Shown here: piece by piece, positions 28,389 to 38,574 of the stretch
Numbering within the stretch: the first letter of the stretch is position 1
Layout of the letters: each line of letters begins with the position of its first letter
Assembly: GCA_013289095.1 (NCBI GenBank)
Contig: JABDAO010000006.1
Coordinates: forward strand, 1-60,034
Direction: 5' to 3'
Source: Bacteroidota bacterium
Lineage (GTDB): Bacteria > Bacteroidota > Bacteroidia > Palsa-965
Length of the DNA stretch: 60,034 nt
Program-made: the position numbers and the translations under genes
Notes under the pieces: generated by a model
Databases searched by the model: none
What the model saw: only the letters and a program-made list of their open reading frames with translations
What the model was told of the DNA's origin: nothing

Positions 28389-31358
28389 ATGAAGTCTGTC
28401 GGGTGTTTCATTTCTTTTGCCGGGTATGCGTCATTGCTGTTCCTGTTGTTTTCGTGCAAGAACCCCCAAAGACCTGAATCTTCTTCTTATGGAAACTATT
28501 CACAATACGTCGATCCGTTCATCGGTACGGGTGGTCATGGTCATACCTATCCCGGCGCCACGCTCCCGTTTGGGATGATACAGCTAAGCCCCGATACCCG
28601 CATTGACGGGAGCTGGGACGGGTGCAGCGGCTACCATGGTTCGGATACGCTGATCTATGGTTTTTCGCATACACACCTCAGCGGCACCGGCTGCAGTGAT
28701 TATGGGGATATCCTGCTCATGCCCGATGTAGGCGTGCCTTCGCTCGACAACACGATGTATTCTTCGGGTTTTTCGCATAAAACAGAACAGGCCTCTCCGG
28801 GTTTTTATTCGGTAACACTGCAAAAAACAGGCGTACATGTAGAGCTTGCAGCAGCCCTTCGTTCGGGAATGCATAAATATATTTTTCCGAAAGCCGGGGT
28901 CGGAAATATTGTCATCGATTTGCTACACCGCGACAAAACGCTGGAATCGCATCTGGAGGTGCTCGATAAAACCCATATTGAAGGCATGCGCCGCAGCCAG
29001 GCCTGGGCAAAAGACCAGGTCATCTATTTCTCACTCGAATTCAGCCGCCCTTTTACATCCTCTCTCCTCCTGGCCGATGCCAAAGAAGGGGAGACAAACC
29101 CTGCCGGCCGCGACCGGGGCGGAGTATTTTGTTTCAACACCACAGCCTCCGACAGCATCCTCGTGAAGATTGCCATCTCTACCGTGAGCATGGAAGGCGC
29201 ACGTAAAAACCTCCAAGCCGAAATCCCCGGTTGGGATTTTCAGCAGGTGAGAAACGATGCCACCGTAATATGGGACAATGAATTGAGCAAGATCGAAGTT
29301 ACAAGCCCAAACAAAACAAAACTCAGGATCTTCTATACCGCGCTTTACCATACCCTGTTACAGCCAAACCTGAACATGGATGCAGACAGTATGTACCGTG
29401 GCCGCGACAAGGCTGTTCACCGCGCAAAAGGTTTTAGTTATTATTCTGTCTTTTCGCTCTGGGATACGTTCAGGGCGGCTCACCCACTCTACACCATCAT
29501 CGAACCCAGACGCACCGCTGATTTTATCAATACCTTCCTGGCCCAGTACAAGGAAGGAGGCCGCTTACCGGTATGGGAGCTGGCTTCCAACGAAACCGAC
29601 TGCATGATCGGGTATCATTCGGTTTCTGTCATCACCGATGCCGCCGTGAAAGGCATCACCGGTTTCGATCCCTGGCTTGCCCTGGAAGCCATGAAAAAAA
29701 GCGCTACCGGCAAACAAGGCGGCCTCTCTGCATATCGCCGCCAGGGATACCTGGCTGCGGAAGATGAACCCGAATCGGTTTCGAAGACCCTTGAATATGC
29801 CTATGACGACTGGTGTATATCGCGCCTGGCAGCCTTGCTCGAAAAGACCGGCGATGAAAAGGAATATGGACTCCGTTCACAGAATTTCAGAAACCTCTTC
29901 GATCCCGCCACCCGGTTCATGCGTCCGCGCTCCAACGGGTGTTGGCTCGAACCTTTCGACCCGAAAGAAGTAAATAACAATTATACCGAAGCCAATGCCT
30001 GGCAGTATAGTTTCTTTGTGCCCCAGGCCATCGTGCAATACATGCAACTGATGGGTGGCAAAGAATCATTTGCAGCCAAACTCGATTCCCTTTTCTCTGC
30101 CGATAGCCAGACCACCGGACGAACACAGGTTGACATCAGCGGTTTGATCGGTCAGTACGCCCAGGGAAACGAACCCAGCCACCACATGGCATACCTCTAT
30201 AATTACTGCGACCAGCCCTGGAAAACACAAGAACGGGTGCATCAGATCCTGAACGACTTTTACAAAACAGCTCCCGATGGTCTTGCTGGCAATGAAGACT
30301 GCGGTCAGATGAGCGCCTGGTATGTGCTGAGCGCGATCGGTTTTTATCCCGTTACACCGGGTGATCCGCATTACGAAATCGGAGCCCCGCTTTTCAATAC
30401 TGTTCGGATCCATCCGGGGAATGGAAAGGTCTTTACGGTAGAAGCCCACAACCTCACCGACGACAATTATTACGTGCAACAGCTCAGCTGTACACATGCA
30501 TCGGGCAACCCCTTCGTCCTGGCCCATGCATCGATCCTGAACGGCGAAACGCTTCGGTTTGAGATGGGCCCCAAAGCAAATACTGCGCTGTCTGTAAATT
30601 CCAGAACCGATGCCGAGGCATCAAACAAACATCCCGATTTTGTTACAGCTCCGGTTCTGGCCACGACAACACCCGTTTTTCATACACCGGCAACCATCCA
30701 TATTTCCGAAAACCAGGAAAATACGGTGATCTATTATACTACCAATGGTGCTATGCCAAGCACATCGTCGGAGGTGTACAAAAAACCGTTTACCGTCGAC
30801 AATACAACAACCATCCGTGCCATGGCCTGCCTCGTTTCCGACAGCAGTGTTCACAGCGGCATCACCACCGGGACGTTCCATAAAGTCCCCAACAAATGGA
30901 CCATCGCACTCAAAGCCGCTTACTGCCCTCAATACGCTGCGGGGGGAGATGGTGCCCTGATAGACGGGATACGGGGCGATCAGAACTGGCGCAAAGGGGC
31001 ATGGCAGGGCTATCAGGGAACAGACTTTGAAGCGGTGATCGATCTGGGCCAGTCGAAAGAAATAAGCAGACTGGGGGCCGGTTTCCTGCAGGATGTTGGT
31101 TCCTGGATTCTTTTTCCAAAAGAGGTGGAGTATTTTCTTTCATCGGATGGAAAAAACTTCAAGCATATTGTCACCGTCGACAATCCGGTTTCGGAAACAG
31201 ACGAAAAAATTCAAACCCGCAATTTCACTTCTGCAATCAGAAAACAAAAAGCGCGTTATGTCAAGATCAAAGCCGGCAATTATGGTAAACTGCCCTACTG
31301 GCATCCAGGCAAAGGCGGTGAAGCCCTTTTGTTTATTGATGAGATTGAGGTGGAATAA
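28389..31358 (+). CDS. GH92 alpha-mannosidase lipoprotein with Fn3-associated and F5/8-type C-terminal domains
   Basis: Lipobox LFSC, VDPFIGTGGHGHTYPGA, SLWDTFRA, TEANAWQY, GNEPSHH and GNEDCGQMSAWY motifs. Confidence 0.97.
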   Translation: MKSVGCFISFAGYASLLFLLFSCKNPQRPESSSYGNYSQYVDPFIGTGGHGHTYPGATLPFGMIQLSPDTRIDGSWDGCSGYHGSDTLIYGFSHTHLSGTGCSDYGDILLMPDVGVPSLDNTMYSSGFSHKTEQASPGFYSVTLQKTGVHVELAAALRSGMHKYIFPKAGVGNIVIDLLHRDKTLESHLEVLDKTHIEGMRRSQAWAKDQVIYFSLEFSRPFTSSLLLADAKEGETNPAGRDRGGVFCFNTTASDSILVKIAISTVSMEGARKNLQAEIPGWDFQQVRNDATVIWDNELSKIEVTSPNKTKLRIFYTALYHTLLQPNLNMDADSMYRGRDKAVHRAKGFSYYSVFSLWDTFRAAHPLYTIIEPRRTADFINTFLAQYKEGGRLPVWELASNETDCMIGYHSVSVITDAAVKGITGFDPWLALEAMKKSATGKQGGLSAYRRQGYLAAEDEPESVSKTLEYAYDDWCISRLAALLEKTGDEKEYGLRSQNFRNLFDPATRFMRPRSNGCWLEPFDPKEVNNNYTEANAWQYSFFVPQAIVQYMQLMGGKESFAAKLDSLFSADSQTTGRTQVDISGLIGQYAQGNEPSHHMAYLYNYCDQPWKTQERVHQILNDFYKTAPDGLAGNEDCGQMSAWYVLSAIGFYPVTPGDPHYEIGAPLFNTVRIHPGNGKVFTVEAHNLTDDNYYVQQLSCTHASGNPFVLAHASILNGETLRFEMGPKANTALSVNSRTDAEASNKHPDFVTAPVLATTTPVFHTPATIHISENQENTVIYYTTNGAMPSTSSEVYKKPFTVDNTTTIRAMACLVSDSSVHSGITTGTFHKVPNKWTIALKAAYCPQYAAGGDGALIDGIRGDQNWRKGAWQGYQGTDFEAVIDLGQSKEISRLGAGFLQDVGSWILFPKEVEYFLSSDGKNFKHIVTVDNPVSETDEKIQTRNFTSAIRKQKARYVKIKAGNYGKLPYWHPGKGGEALLFIDEIEVE

Positions 31359-31419
31359 AAAAGAGCGTGGCGCTGTTGGTTGGATTTACCTCGGAGACAC
31401 AGCAAAACAAGAATAACCC

Positions 31420-31427
31420 TATCTTTG
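31420..31427 (+). promoter_or_regulatory. Bacteroidota -7 promoter element for gltX
   Basis: TATCTTTG, 18 nt before ATG 31446. Confidence 0.6.
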
Positions 31428-31445
31428 CCCCTCGAAAAACAAACC

Positions 31446-32990
31446 ATGGAAAACAGGAGAGTACGTGTACGTTTTGCCCCCAGTCCGACAGGGCCTTTGC
31501 ACATGGGCGGAGTGAGAACAGCCCTTTACAATTATCTTTTTGCCAAACACCACGGAGGCGATTTTATCCTGAGGATTGAAGATACAGACCAGGAACGTTT
31601 TGTGCCAGGGGCCGAAGAATATATCATCGAAGCCCTGAAATGGTGCGGAATAGAACCCAACGAAGGCATAGGCTTTGGCGACGGCGCATACGCTCCGTAC
31701 CGTCAGAGCGACCGCAAACCCATGTACAGGGAATATGCCGACCAGCTCATCCACTCCGGCAATGCTTACTATGCCTTTGATACCAGCGAGGAGCTGGGCG
31801 AAATGCGAAAGCTCATTGAAGCTGCAGGCGGTACATCGTCCTACAATGCCATCACCCGTCAGAACATGAAAAATTCACTCACCCTCTCCGAAGATGAAGT
31901 GAAACAACGCATTGCTGCCGGCGAGCCCTATGTCATCCGGATGAAGATACCCCGCAACGAAGAAATCCGCGTAAAAGATCTCATCCGCGGATGGGTAGTG
32001 GTACATAGCGGACAGATGGACGACAAGGTGCTTTTTAAATCAGATGGGATGCCCACCTATCACCTGGCCAACGTGGTAGACGATTATACCATGAAAATAA
32101 CCCACGTCATCCGGGGCGAGGAATGGCTGCCTTCGGCCCCGCTGCATGTGTTGTTATATCGCAGTTTTGGCTGGGAAGCTGTCATGCCCGAATTCGCCCA
32201 TCTGCCCTTGCTGCTCAGACCCGATGGAAACGGCAAACTCAGCAAACGCGATGGAGACCGCCTGGGCTTTCCGGTATTCCCGATAAGCGGGAACCTGCAG
32301 GACAGCAAGACCAAGAAGATGGAATCGTTTACGGGGTACCGCGAGTCGGGGTATTTTCCCGATGCGTTTATCAATATGCTGGCCCTGCTCGGCTGGCACA
32401 GCAGCGGAAACCAGGAATTGTATACCCTGGATGAGCTTGTCAAGGATTTCAGTCTCGACCGTGTCAGCAAATCGGGCGCCAAATTCGATCCCGAAAAAAG
32501 CAAATGGTTCAACCAGCAATACCTCCGCAAACGTACCGATGCAGCGCTGGCAGCCATCTGGATGACAGAACTGAAAACAAAAGGTTTTACGCCCGACCCC
32601 ATCTTCGTTGAAAAAGCTGTACGCCTCATCAAGGAAAAAGCCATGTTCGCCAATGAATTCTGGACCCTGGGCAGTTTCCTGTTTGTAGCCCCCGAAGCCT
32701 ATGATGCCGAGGTAGTAAAGAAACGCTGGAATGAAAACTCAGCAAAATTTGTGGCTGCCGTAAATACCGCCTACCAGGCCATGACCAGCTTTACGGCTGC
32801 CGAAGCCGAAACCCTATTTAAACAAACCGCCGAAACACAGGCTATCAAAACCGGCGAAGTGATGCAGCTGTTCCGTGTCTGCGTAAGCGGAGCGGCTGGA
32901 GGACCGGCCCTTTTTGAGATGTGTGAGTTGCTGGGCAAAGACGAAGTAGTCAAAAGACTGACCAGGGCGGTGCAAACAATCAAAGCGTAG
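31446..32990 (+). CDS. gltX: Glutamate--tRNA ligase
   Basis: RFAPSPTGPLHMG (HIGH motif), LRIEDTD and KLSKR (KMSKS motif). Confidence 0.98.
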   Translation: MENRRVRVRFAPSPTGPLHMGGVRTALYNYLFAKHHGGDFILRIEDTDQERFVPGAEEYIIEALKWCGIEPNEGIGFGDGAYAPYRQSDRKPMYREYADQLIHSGNAYYAFDTSEELGEMRKLIEAAGGTSSYNAITRQNMKNSLTLSEDEVKQRIAAGEPYVIRMKIPRNEEIRVKDLIRGWVVVHSGQMDDKVLFKSDGMPTYHLANVVDDYTMKITHVIRGEEWLPSAPLHVLLYRSFGWEAVMPEFAHLPLLLRPDGNGKLSKRDGDRLGFPVFPISGNLQDSKTKKMESFTGYRESGYFPDAFINMLALLGWHSSGNQELYTLDELVKDFSLDRVSKSGAKFDPEKSKWFNQQYLRKRTDAALAAIWMTELKTKGFTPDPIFVEKAVRLIKEKAMFANEFWTLGSFLFVAPEAYDAEVVKKRWNENSAKFVAAVNTAYQAMTSFTAAEAETLFKQTAETQAIKTGEVMQLFRVCVSGAAGGPALFEMCELLGKDEVVKRLTRAVQTIKA

Positions 32991-33004
32991 TACTTACCGA
33001 TGTA

Positions 33005-33078
33005 TTTACCACGGAGACAGGGAGAACACAGAGAAGCACGGAGACAATCTCTGTGCCTCTCCCTGTCTCCGTGTTAAA
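33005..33078. repeat. Intergenic inverted repeat (CACGGAGA/CACAGAG-type REP-like element)
   Basis: CACGGAGACAGGGAGA pairs perfectly with TCTCCCTGTCTCCGTG. Related degenerate copies lie near 35596-35650 and 40103-40126. Confidence 0.7.
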
Positions 33079-33128
33079 TGCAAACCACATCAGGCAACAA
33101 AATTCAAAACACCACAAGCAACAGATTC

Positions 33129-33476
33129 ATGGGAACCATCTTAGTATCAGGCATCCGTTTACATGGCTATCACGGTTGTCTGCCCGAAGAAAGCAAGATA
33201 GGCGGTGAATATGTGGTAGATGTAAGCATCCATACTGATTTCACCCAGGCCGAGAAGACCGACAAGCTCAGCGATACGGTAGATTATTGCCGCGTCTACC
33301 AGATCGTAAAAAAGGAAATGGCCCAACGATCAAACCTCATTGAATATGTCTGCCGTCGTATACTCGATATACTGATCCTGGAATTTCCTTCCTCGAAGTT
33401 CGAAGTAAAAGTCTGCAAACTGCGTCCGCCGATGAACGGAGATGTGGAAAGTGTAAGTGTGGTGTTGGGAAACTAA
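33129..33476 (+). CDS. folB: Dihydroneopterin aldolase
   Basis: GYHGCLPEE, DKLSDTVDY, SNLIE and KLRPP motifs. Confidence 0.95.
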   Translation: MGTILVSGIRLHGYHGCLPEESKIGGEYVVDVSIHTDFTQAEKTDKLSDTVDYCRVYQIVKKEMAQRSNLIEYVCRRILDILILEFPSSKFEVKVCKLRPPMNGDVESVSVVLGN

Positions 33477-33488
33477 GTAGCCTTATCC

Positions 33489-34637
33489 CTAGAAATTAAA
33501 TCCAAAACCGACAAAGGGCGAGGTCTCACCCACGTTGGGAAGATAAATTTGCAGACCCAGACTCATGTTAAAATGCTTAACGCTTAAGATGAACGACTCT
33601 TCGAGCAGGAAGTTATACGAGGAGAAGTCATTATCCAACAGGGTCTGTGTCCCTATCAGTGCGCCGGTAGTTGGCGAGTATTGGTTATAGTCGTACATAT
33701 ACCTCACCTGGCCAATGCCTATGGCGGTAGCCATTCCTCCGGCCACCTTGGTCACATCGCCAAACAATTTAAAGATTAAGCCTCCGTTGGCTTCGAACCT
33801 TGAATAGTATGAATTTCCAGTGTATTCCCAATACCAGATATTGTCCTGAATGGCTCCATTGCTGATGCTGGTTCCGCTGGTGCTTTTGAATGCACGATAG
33901 CTAAAGCGGTAACTGCAGTAAAACGCAACCCCATGTTGTTTCATCTTGCCGCCAGAAAGTCCAAAAGGAGCATAGGGGTCGATCGAAAACTGGGCGATGC
34001 CAACGCTTGGGTTTTTCTTGGCCTGATCTGTCTGGGCATCCCGGGCCTCATCGGCTATTCGTTTTTTTTCAGAAATCTTGTAGCTTTTTCGTTCAGCCGG
34101 TGTCATTTCAGAAAGCTCTTGCTTTGACTTCGGTCCGCTTGCAACCGGGGCAGGTTGATAGCTTGGCTGCGGGGTCGGGGCGGGAGCCGGGGCCACCGGG
34201 GCCGGAGGGGGTGGCGGTGCAGACGCTGCTGCCGGGGCAACCCCGTTTAGCGCATTGAGCTGGTTCTTCAGATCGGCTGCTTTTGCATAATCTTCGGCGG
34301 CAAGACTGGCTGCAATATCCGTACGTAATTGTTCTTTTTGGGCCCGGTTGGCCTTCAAGCGTGCAAGTTCATCTTTCAGCCGTGCGGCTGATGCATAGTC
34401 CTCTGTCTTTAAGCTGGCATCTAGCTGGGCCTGGGTATCGACAATCAATTGTTGTTCGGCCGTACGCCCATCGAGTTCTTTCTTGATATCTGCCGCCTTT
34501 CCATAATCGCCGGCAGCAGCTGCATCACTCTTCATTTTCTGAAGAACGGGGGTGCTCTGCGTGGAGTAGACAGATTGTGCTACCACAGCAAGGTGGGCGA
34601 AAAGGATAAACACAAAAAGGGTAAGGATTTTCTTCAT
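33489..34637 (-). CDS. Exported protein with three UVR-like motifs, Pro/Ala linker and probable outer-membrane beta-barrel
   Basis: Signal peptide MKKILTLFV; GDYGKAADIK, EDYASAARLK and EDYAKAADLK; PPPPPAP linker; aromatic-rich C-terminus ending VGFGFNF. Confidence 0.75.
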   Translation of the reverse strand: MKKILTLFVFILFAHLAVVAQSVYSTQSTPVLQKMKSDAAAAGDYGKAADIKKELDGRTAEQQLIVDTQAQLDASLKTEDYASAARLKDELARLKANRAQKEQLRTDIAASLAAEDYAKAADLKNQLNALNGVAPAAASAPPPPPAPVAPAPAPTPQPSYQPAPVASGPKSKQELSEMTPAERKSYKISEKKRIADEARDAQTDQAKKNPSVGIAQFSIDPYAPFGLSGGKMKQHGVAFYCSYRFSYRAFKSTSGTSISNGAIQDNIWYWEYTGNSYYSRFEANGGLIFKLFGDVTKVAGGMATAIGIGQVRYMYDYNQYSPTTGALIGTQTLLDNDFSSYNFLLEESFILSVKHFNMSLGLQIYLPNVGETSPFVGFGFNF

Positions 34638-34650
34638 CTGCTTCCGGTGA

Positions 34651-35136
34651 TTAGTTTGATTTAACGATCGTTGCTTTAATGGTAAGGATAGAAGTGTTTG
34701 GCACCGCATTTGAATGCAGTGTAATAATTTTTGAATGTTCGCCCAGCTTCCCGGTGGGGTCAAACGCAATTTCCACAAAACTTTCTTTGCCCGGCGCTAT
34801 GGGTTCTTTTGGCCAGCTGGGCACGGTACATCCGCAACTTGCTTCGGCAGAGACAATCAACAAGGGTTCTTTTCCGGTATTTTTAAAACTGAATCTGGTA
34901 TATGCTTTCTTGTTATCGGGTATGACCCCAAAATCATGACTGAGGCTATCGAATACCAGTTCGGTAGGCGGCAGATCGGGCATACTTTTGATGGCCGGAA
35001 CACCTTTGTCGAACGGTATGGCTGTATCTGGCATCAGACCCTGACGTTTTGCAAACAGACCATAAGCCGAAAAACCGGTTTGGATCAGCAGCAAGGCAAT
35101 AATGATATAAAGCAGGCGTTTGATTCCCTGTTCCAT
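34651..35136 (-). CDS. DUF1573 domain protein
   Basis: FSFKNTGKEPLLI...ASCGCTVPSWPKEPIAPG. Confidence 0.93.
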   Translation of the reverse strand: MEQGIKRLLYIIIALLLIQTGFSAYGLFAKRQGLMPDTAIPFDKGVPAIKSMPDLPPTELVFDSLSHDFGVIPDNKKAYTRFSFKNTGKEPLLIVSAEASCGCTVPSWPKEPIAPGKESFVEIAFDPTGKLGEHSKIITLHSNAVPNTSILTIKATIVKSN

Positions 35137-35158
35137 GGCAAGCCCCCGTTTATAAAGA

Positions 35159-35470
35159 TTACTGCCCTTTGTTTACATAACCTGTACATCCCTGGGATGC
35201 AGAGGCACAGGTTGTAAAACATGAATTTTGGGTAGAACACCAGAAGGGGCTTGAAGCCGGACAGCAGGCCGAAGCCGAAATCTGTACCATGTTGGCCCCA
35301 CAGTTAAGCGACCCGACGTATGGGTTATAGTTACAGTTTTGAGCCGATGTGCCCTGGCTCTGGACAGGGGCCGGAGGAACATCTTTGCTACAGGATGCCA
35401 AAAAAAGCACCGAACAAAACAAAACAACAAAAACCGGCAATGCCAGCATCGTACGTAGGTGTTTATCCAT
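35159..35470 (-). CDS. Small cysteine-rich lipoprotein
   Basis: Lipobox LASC followed by 8 further Cys in about 55 aa. Confidence 0.65.
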   Translation of the reverse strand: MDKHLRTMLALPVFVVLFCSVLFLASCSKDVPPAPVQSQGTSAQNCNYNPYVGSLNCGANMVQISASACCPASSPFWCSTQNSCFTTCASASQGCTGYVNKGQ

Positions 35471-35682
35471 GGCAGAGGGATGTAAAATAAATGAGTTGAT
35501 TTTGTATGGCAAAGATACCCAATAATTGATAGCTATGACAGATGGCAAAAACAGGAGAATAAAGACAGGCCCTGCGGTGATGTATTGACTTATTAATCAC
35601 GGAGAGAATACGTAAAGCCTCTGTGCCACTCCGCGCGCTCCGTGTTAAATCCAAAGAACCTCACGTCTGTCTGTTTTTTTAT

Positions 35683-35766
35683 CTTCATTTTCAAGTTGTC
35701 TACCGTCTATTTCAAGCTGTTCAACAAATATACATTTATTGCATTGCCTCCATGCTTACACTTGTA
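35683..35766 (+). promoter_or_regulatory. Regulated promoter, copy 1 (upstream of the RiPP cluster)
   Basis: Ungapped match to 40573-40656 (40/46 identical in the operator part). TTCAAG repeats 21 bp apart, then TTGC...TACACTTG. Confidence 0.6.
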
Positions 35767-35963
35767 CACGCTAGCAGGACATGAATGTCTTCTACAGAAA
35801 CGGGAGCGTTAAACAAGGAAGGTCCCGGCCCTGAACATCAATAGCTCATGCAACAGACACACTTTATAGGGATTTTTTGTTACCCTCCCATCTGGCTAAG
35901 AAACTGTATTGAAACGGGAAAAGCCGAAACCCAGAACTTTTGGCAACTAAAAAAACAAACACC

Positions 35964-36194
35964 ATGAAAACAATGGAAAAATTGAGCTCCGGATTATTTA
36001 AAAAACAGGAACTGCCCCTCAACCAGATCGGGCAACTGTTTGGCGGGTCTACCTGGGTAAGCAGAGATACTGCCGGCTCGGGATGCGATTGCGTCAACCT
36101 CGATTCGGGAAACCCCGATGGGTCTTATCCTTCGAGTGATGTAATCCTTGGAGGAGGGGTAATTAATGTTGGGTCAGCCACACACCACAGGTAG
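35964..36194 (+). CDS. RiPP precursor peptide of the grasp-with-SPASM cluster
   Basis: Leader MEKLSSGLFKKQEL...LFGG and a Ser/Thr/Asp-rich core with CDC, directly upstream of the ATP-grasp gene. Confidence 0.75.
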   Translation: MKTMEKLSSGLFKKQELPLNQIGQLFGGSTWVSRDTAGSGCDCVNLDSGNPDGSYPSSDVILGGGVINVGSATHHR

Positions 36195-36251
36195 GTGGGC
36201 ATTGATAATGGAAGAAACGGCCCGCGCTGTTTCTTCCTTATCTCTCCGATC

Positions 36252-37235
36252 ATGATACTCATTATTAGTCAGGAAACAGAAGTCAGCACCGAGGATGTGA
36301 TTGAATGGCTCCTCTTCAACAAAGCATCCTGGAAAAGGATCAATGGCGAAAAAACAATCCAATCGGTCGCACTTGAATTTGGAGGAGGCTGCCTGGGCAA
36401 ACAAGCGCATTGGTGGAATGCCGACGGTGAGACTTCGTTTTCAGAAATACATGCGGTGTGGTACCGCCGGGGCGACCTGAACATTCAAAGCACCCAATTA
36501 AACGAAGAATATGAAGGAATGCAACAGATCAACGCCTATCATCGCAAGGAAACCCTGGCCTTTCGTCTGGCTTTGCACCAGGCCCTTTCTGATAAATACT
36601 GCATCGGGAGCATTTTTGAAAACTACCTGAGCAAAATCAGCATTCTCGAAAAAGCCATCGCTGCAGGCTTTTCGGTGCCTGCTACCCTGATCACCACCTC
36701 CAAAAAAGAACTTCTCAAATTTCTAACGCAGACTGGCGCCCAGGTAGTCACCAAATCCATCGATCATGTGCTCAGTTTCTGGATCCAGAGTTCGAATTAC
36801 TACGCCCATACCAGCCTCATCGATCAGGAAGCCCTGAACCTCATGCCACCTGCCTTTAATGCCACCCTTTTTCAGGAACGCATACCAAAAAAGTATGAGC
36901 TGCGGGTTTTCTATCTCGACCAGGCTGTTTTCTGCGCTGCTATCTTTTCGCAGCATGACCCCAGGACACAGATCGATTTCAGAAATTACAATTACGAGCG
37001 TCCGAACCGTGTAACGCCCTACCGTTTACCCGATACCATCACAGCGCAGATCACCGGTTTGATGAGAAAAATGGAGATGCGTTCGGGTTCGCTCGACCTC
37101 ATTGTGACCCCTAACGATGAATACATTTTTTTGGAAGTAAACCCGGTAGGACAATTCAAACAGGTATCCGACCCCTGCAATTATTACATCGAAAAAAAAA
37201 TCGCCGATACACTGACCCATGCTGACCGAACATAA
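36252..37235 (+). CDS. gwsG: Grasp-with-SPASM ATP-grasp peptide maturase
   Basis: MILIISQ..EVSTEDVIEWL, VWYRR, FQERIPKKYELR, DFRNY and FLEVNPVGQF motifs; cluster context. Confidence 0.9.
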   Translation: MILIISQETEVSTEDVIEWLLFNKASWKRINGEKTIQSVALEFGGGCLGKQAHWWNADGETSFSEIHAVWYRRGDLNIQSTQLNEEYEGMQQINAYHRKETLAFRLALHQALSDKYCIGSIFENYLSKISILEKAIAAGFSVPATLITTSKKELLKFLTQTGAQVVTKSIDHVLSFWIQSSNYYAHTSLIDQEALNLMPPAFNATLFQERIPKKYELRVFYLDQAVFCAAIFSQHDPRTQIDFRNYNYERPNRVTPYRLPDTITAQITGLMRKMEMRSGSLDLIVTPNDEYIFLEVNPVGQFKQVSDPCNYYIEKKIADTLTHADRT

Positions 37236-37416
37236 AAACCTGCTCCTTGAAAAAGTGAGGGGCGATCTTTCAAAACTCCCGATTGGCTATCAAAACTGGA
37301 ATGTCAATTCCCGGCATGCCTACGACCAGGGTGCTATCTGCATGCCGTCTCCCCTGCACCAAACCGCTAAACTGGTTTGCAAACGGTTCTACAAGGCCAT
37401 TACTATTTTTATCTGA
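37219..37416 (+). CDS. Small accessory protein of the grasp-with-SPASM cluster
   Basis: 65 aa, overlapping the gwsG stop and ending 8 nt before the gwsS start; LPIGYQNWNVNSRH motif. Confidence 0.65.
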   Translation: MLTEHKNLLLEKVRGDLSKLPIGYQNWNVNSRHAYDQGAICMPSPLHQTAKLVCKRFYKAITIFI

Positions 37417-37424
37417 CAAACAAA

Positions 37425-38477
37425 ATGAGGTTGACCGAGGCTGACAAACAAAGTTATTTCGCGCTCCACGCCTGCTGCATCCCCGTAAAAGGCATGACAC
37501 GAAGCATCATGTACGACCTGAACCGAAAAGACTATCAGTACATCCCAAACGCGATGACCGATCTGCTCCATGCCAACAAACACCGCACCATCGCCGAGCT
37601 CCTGAATGATGTGGGTGAGGCCGACAAGGAAACAGCTGTTGAATACTTCGAGTTTCTGCTCGAGCATGAATTTATTTTTCTGTGCCCCCGCAACGACCTC
37701 AACCGTTTTCCGCCCATCTCGCATCGGTTCGAAACACCTTCGCTCATTACCAATGCCGTTGTCGACCTCAGTCTTGCTTCGGCCTATGATCCTGAATCTG
37801 TCTTCATCCAGCTTGCCGAACTGGGCTGCCGCGATATCCAGATCAGGACCTTTGATGCCTGTGAGCTTTTGTTTTACAGCCGGCTGCTCGACTCGGCACA
37901 GGAAAAAGGATTCAAGTCCATCGAACTGCTGGCCTGCTATCATCCCTCCTTGCTGCCCGATAAGCTGATCAGGTTTGTGAACCAGTACAAATTCACCGCA
38001 TTCATCCTGGTGCATGGGGCCCCCTTTAAAAGACGCATCCAGGATGCGGTCTACGAAATGCATCTCATACAATTTGAACCGGTACAACTCGAACACGGCA
38101 AAGCATACCGGCAAACCGACTGCAGCTATTTCAGCATCAGCCCAAAAATACTGGCCGAAGCCATGAACCATCACCTCTACTTTAACCGAAAAGTGGCCAT
38201 CGATCATCTGGGGTTTGTGAAAAATGCCGAATCGTGTACGGGCCATTTCGGGAATGTAACCACGCACCTCTTGAAAGAAATTGTAGAGCAAACAGATTTT
38301 CAGCGTATCTGGTCGGCCAGAAAAGACGATACCCGGGTGTGCAAAGATTGCGAATACAGGTATATGTGTGTCGACAACCGCCCGATTTTCTGGGATGAGC
38401 ACAATGCCTGCTGGGCCCATCACGAACCCTGCAGATACGACCCTTCCAGGGCGCTCTGGCAACATGCCGGCCCCTGA
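37425..38477 (+). CDS. gwsS: Grasp-with-SPASM SPASM-domain peptide maturase
   Basis: CIPVKGMTRSIMYDLNR at the N-terminus, FNRKVAID, and VCKDCEYRYMCVD...C...CRYDP. No CxxxCxxC radical-SAM motif. Confidence 0.9.
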   Translation: MRLTEADKQSYFALHACCIPVKGMTRSIMYDLNRKDYQYIPNAMTDLLHANKHRTIAELLNDVGEADKETAVEYFEFLLEHEFIFLCPRNDLNRFPPISHRFETPSLITNAVVDLSLASAYDPESVFIQLAELGCRDIQIRTFDACELLFYSRLLDSAQEKGFKSIELLACYHPSLLPDKLIRFVNQYKFTAFILVHGAPFKRRIQDAVYEMHLIQFEPVQLEHGKAYRQTDCSYFSISPKILAEAMNHHLYFNRKVAIDHLGFVKNAESCTGHFGNVTTHLLKEIVEQTDFQRIWSARKDDTRVCKDCEYRYMCVDNRPIFWDEHNACWAHHEPCRYDPSRALWQHAGP

Positions 38478-38574
38478 CCCCGGCCCAATCGGGATGTTTC
38501 GTTTTCCGGATGACGCTCAGGCAAGACGACTTCAAAATCCGACCATTCACGTGTCCAGCCATCTTTTGAAACCT

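Noticed and set aside
37389-38465. 358-aa antisense ORF over gwsS (similarly 9850-10851 over the DUF4175-like gene)
   Set aside because: These are shadow frames of well-supported genes and have no recognisable motifs.
37425-38477. GwsS as a broken radical SAM pseudogene
   Set aside because: Lack of the CxxxCxxC motif is normal for this family, and the ORF is intact.
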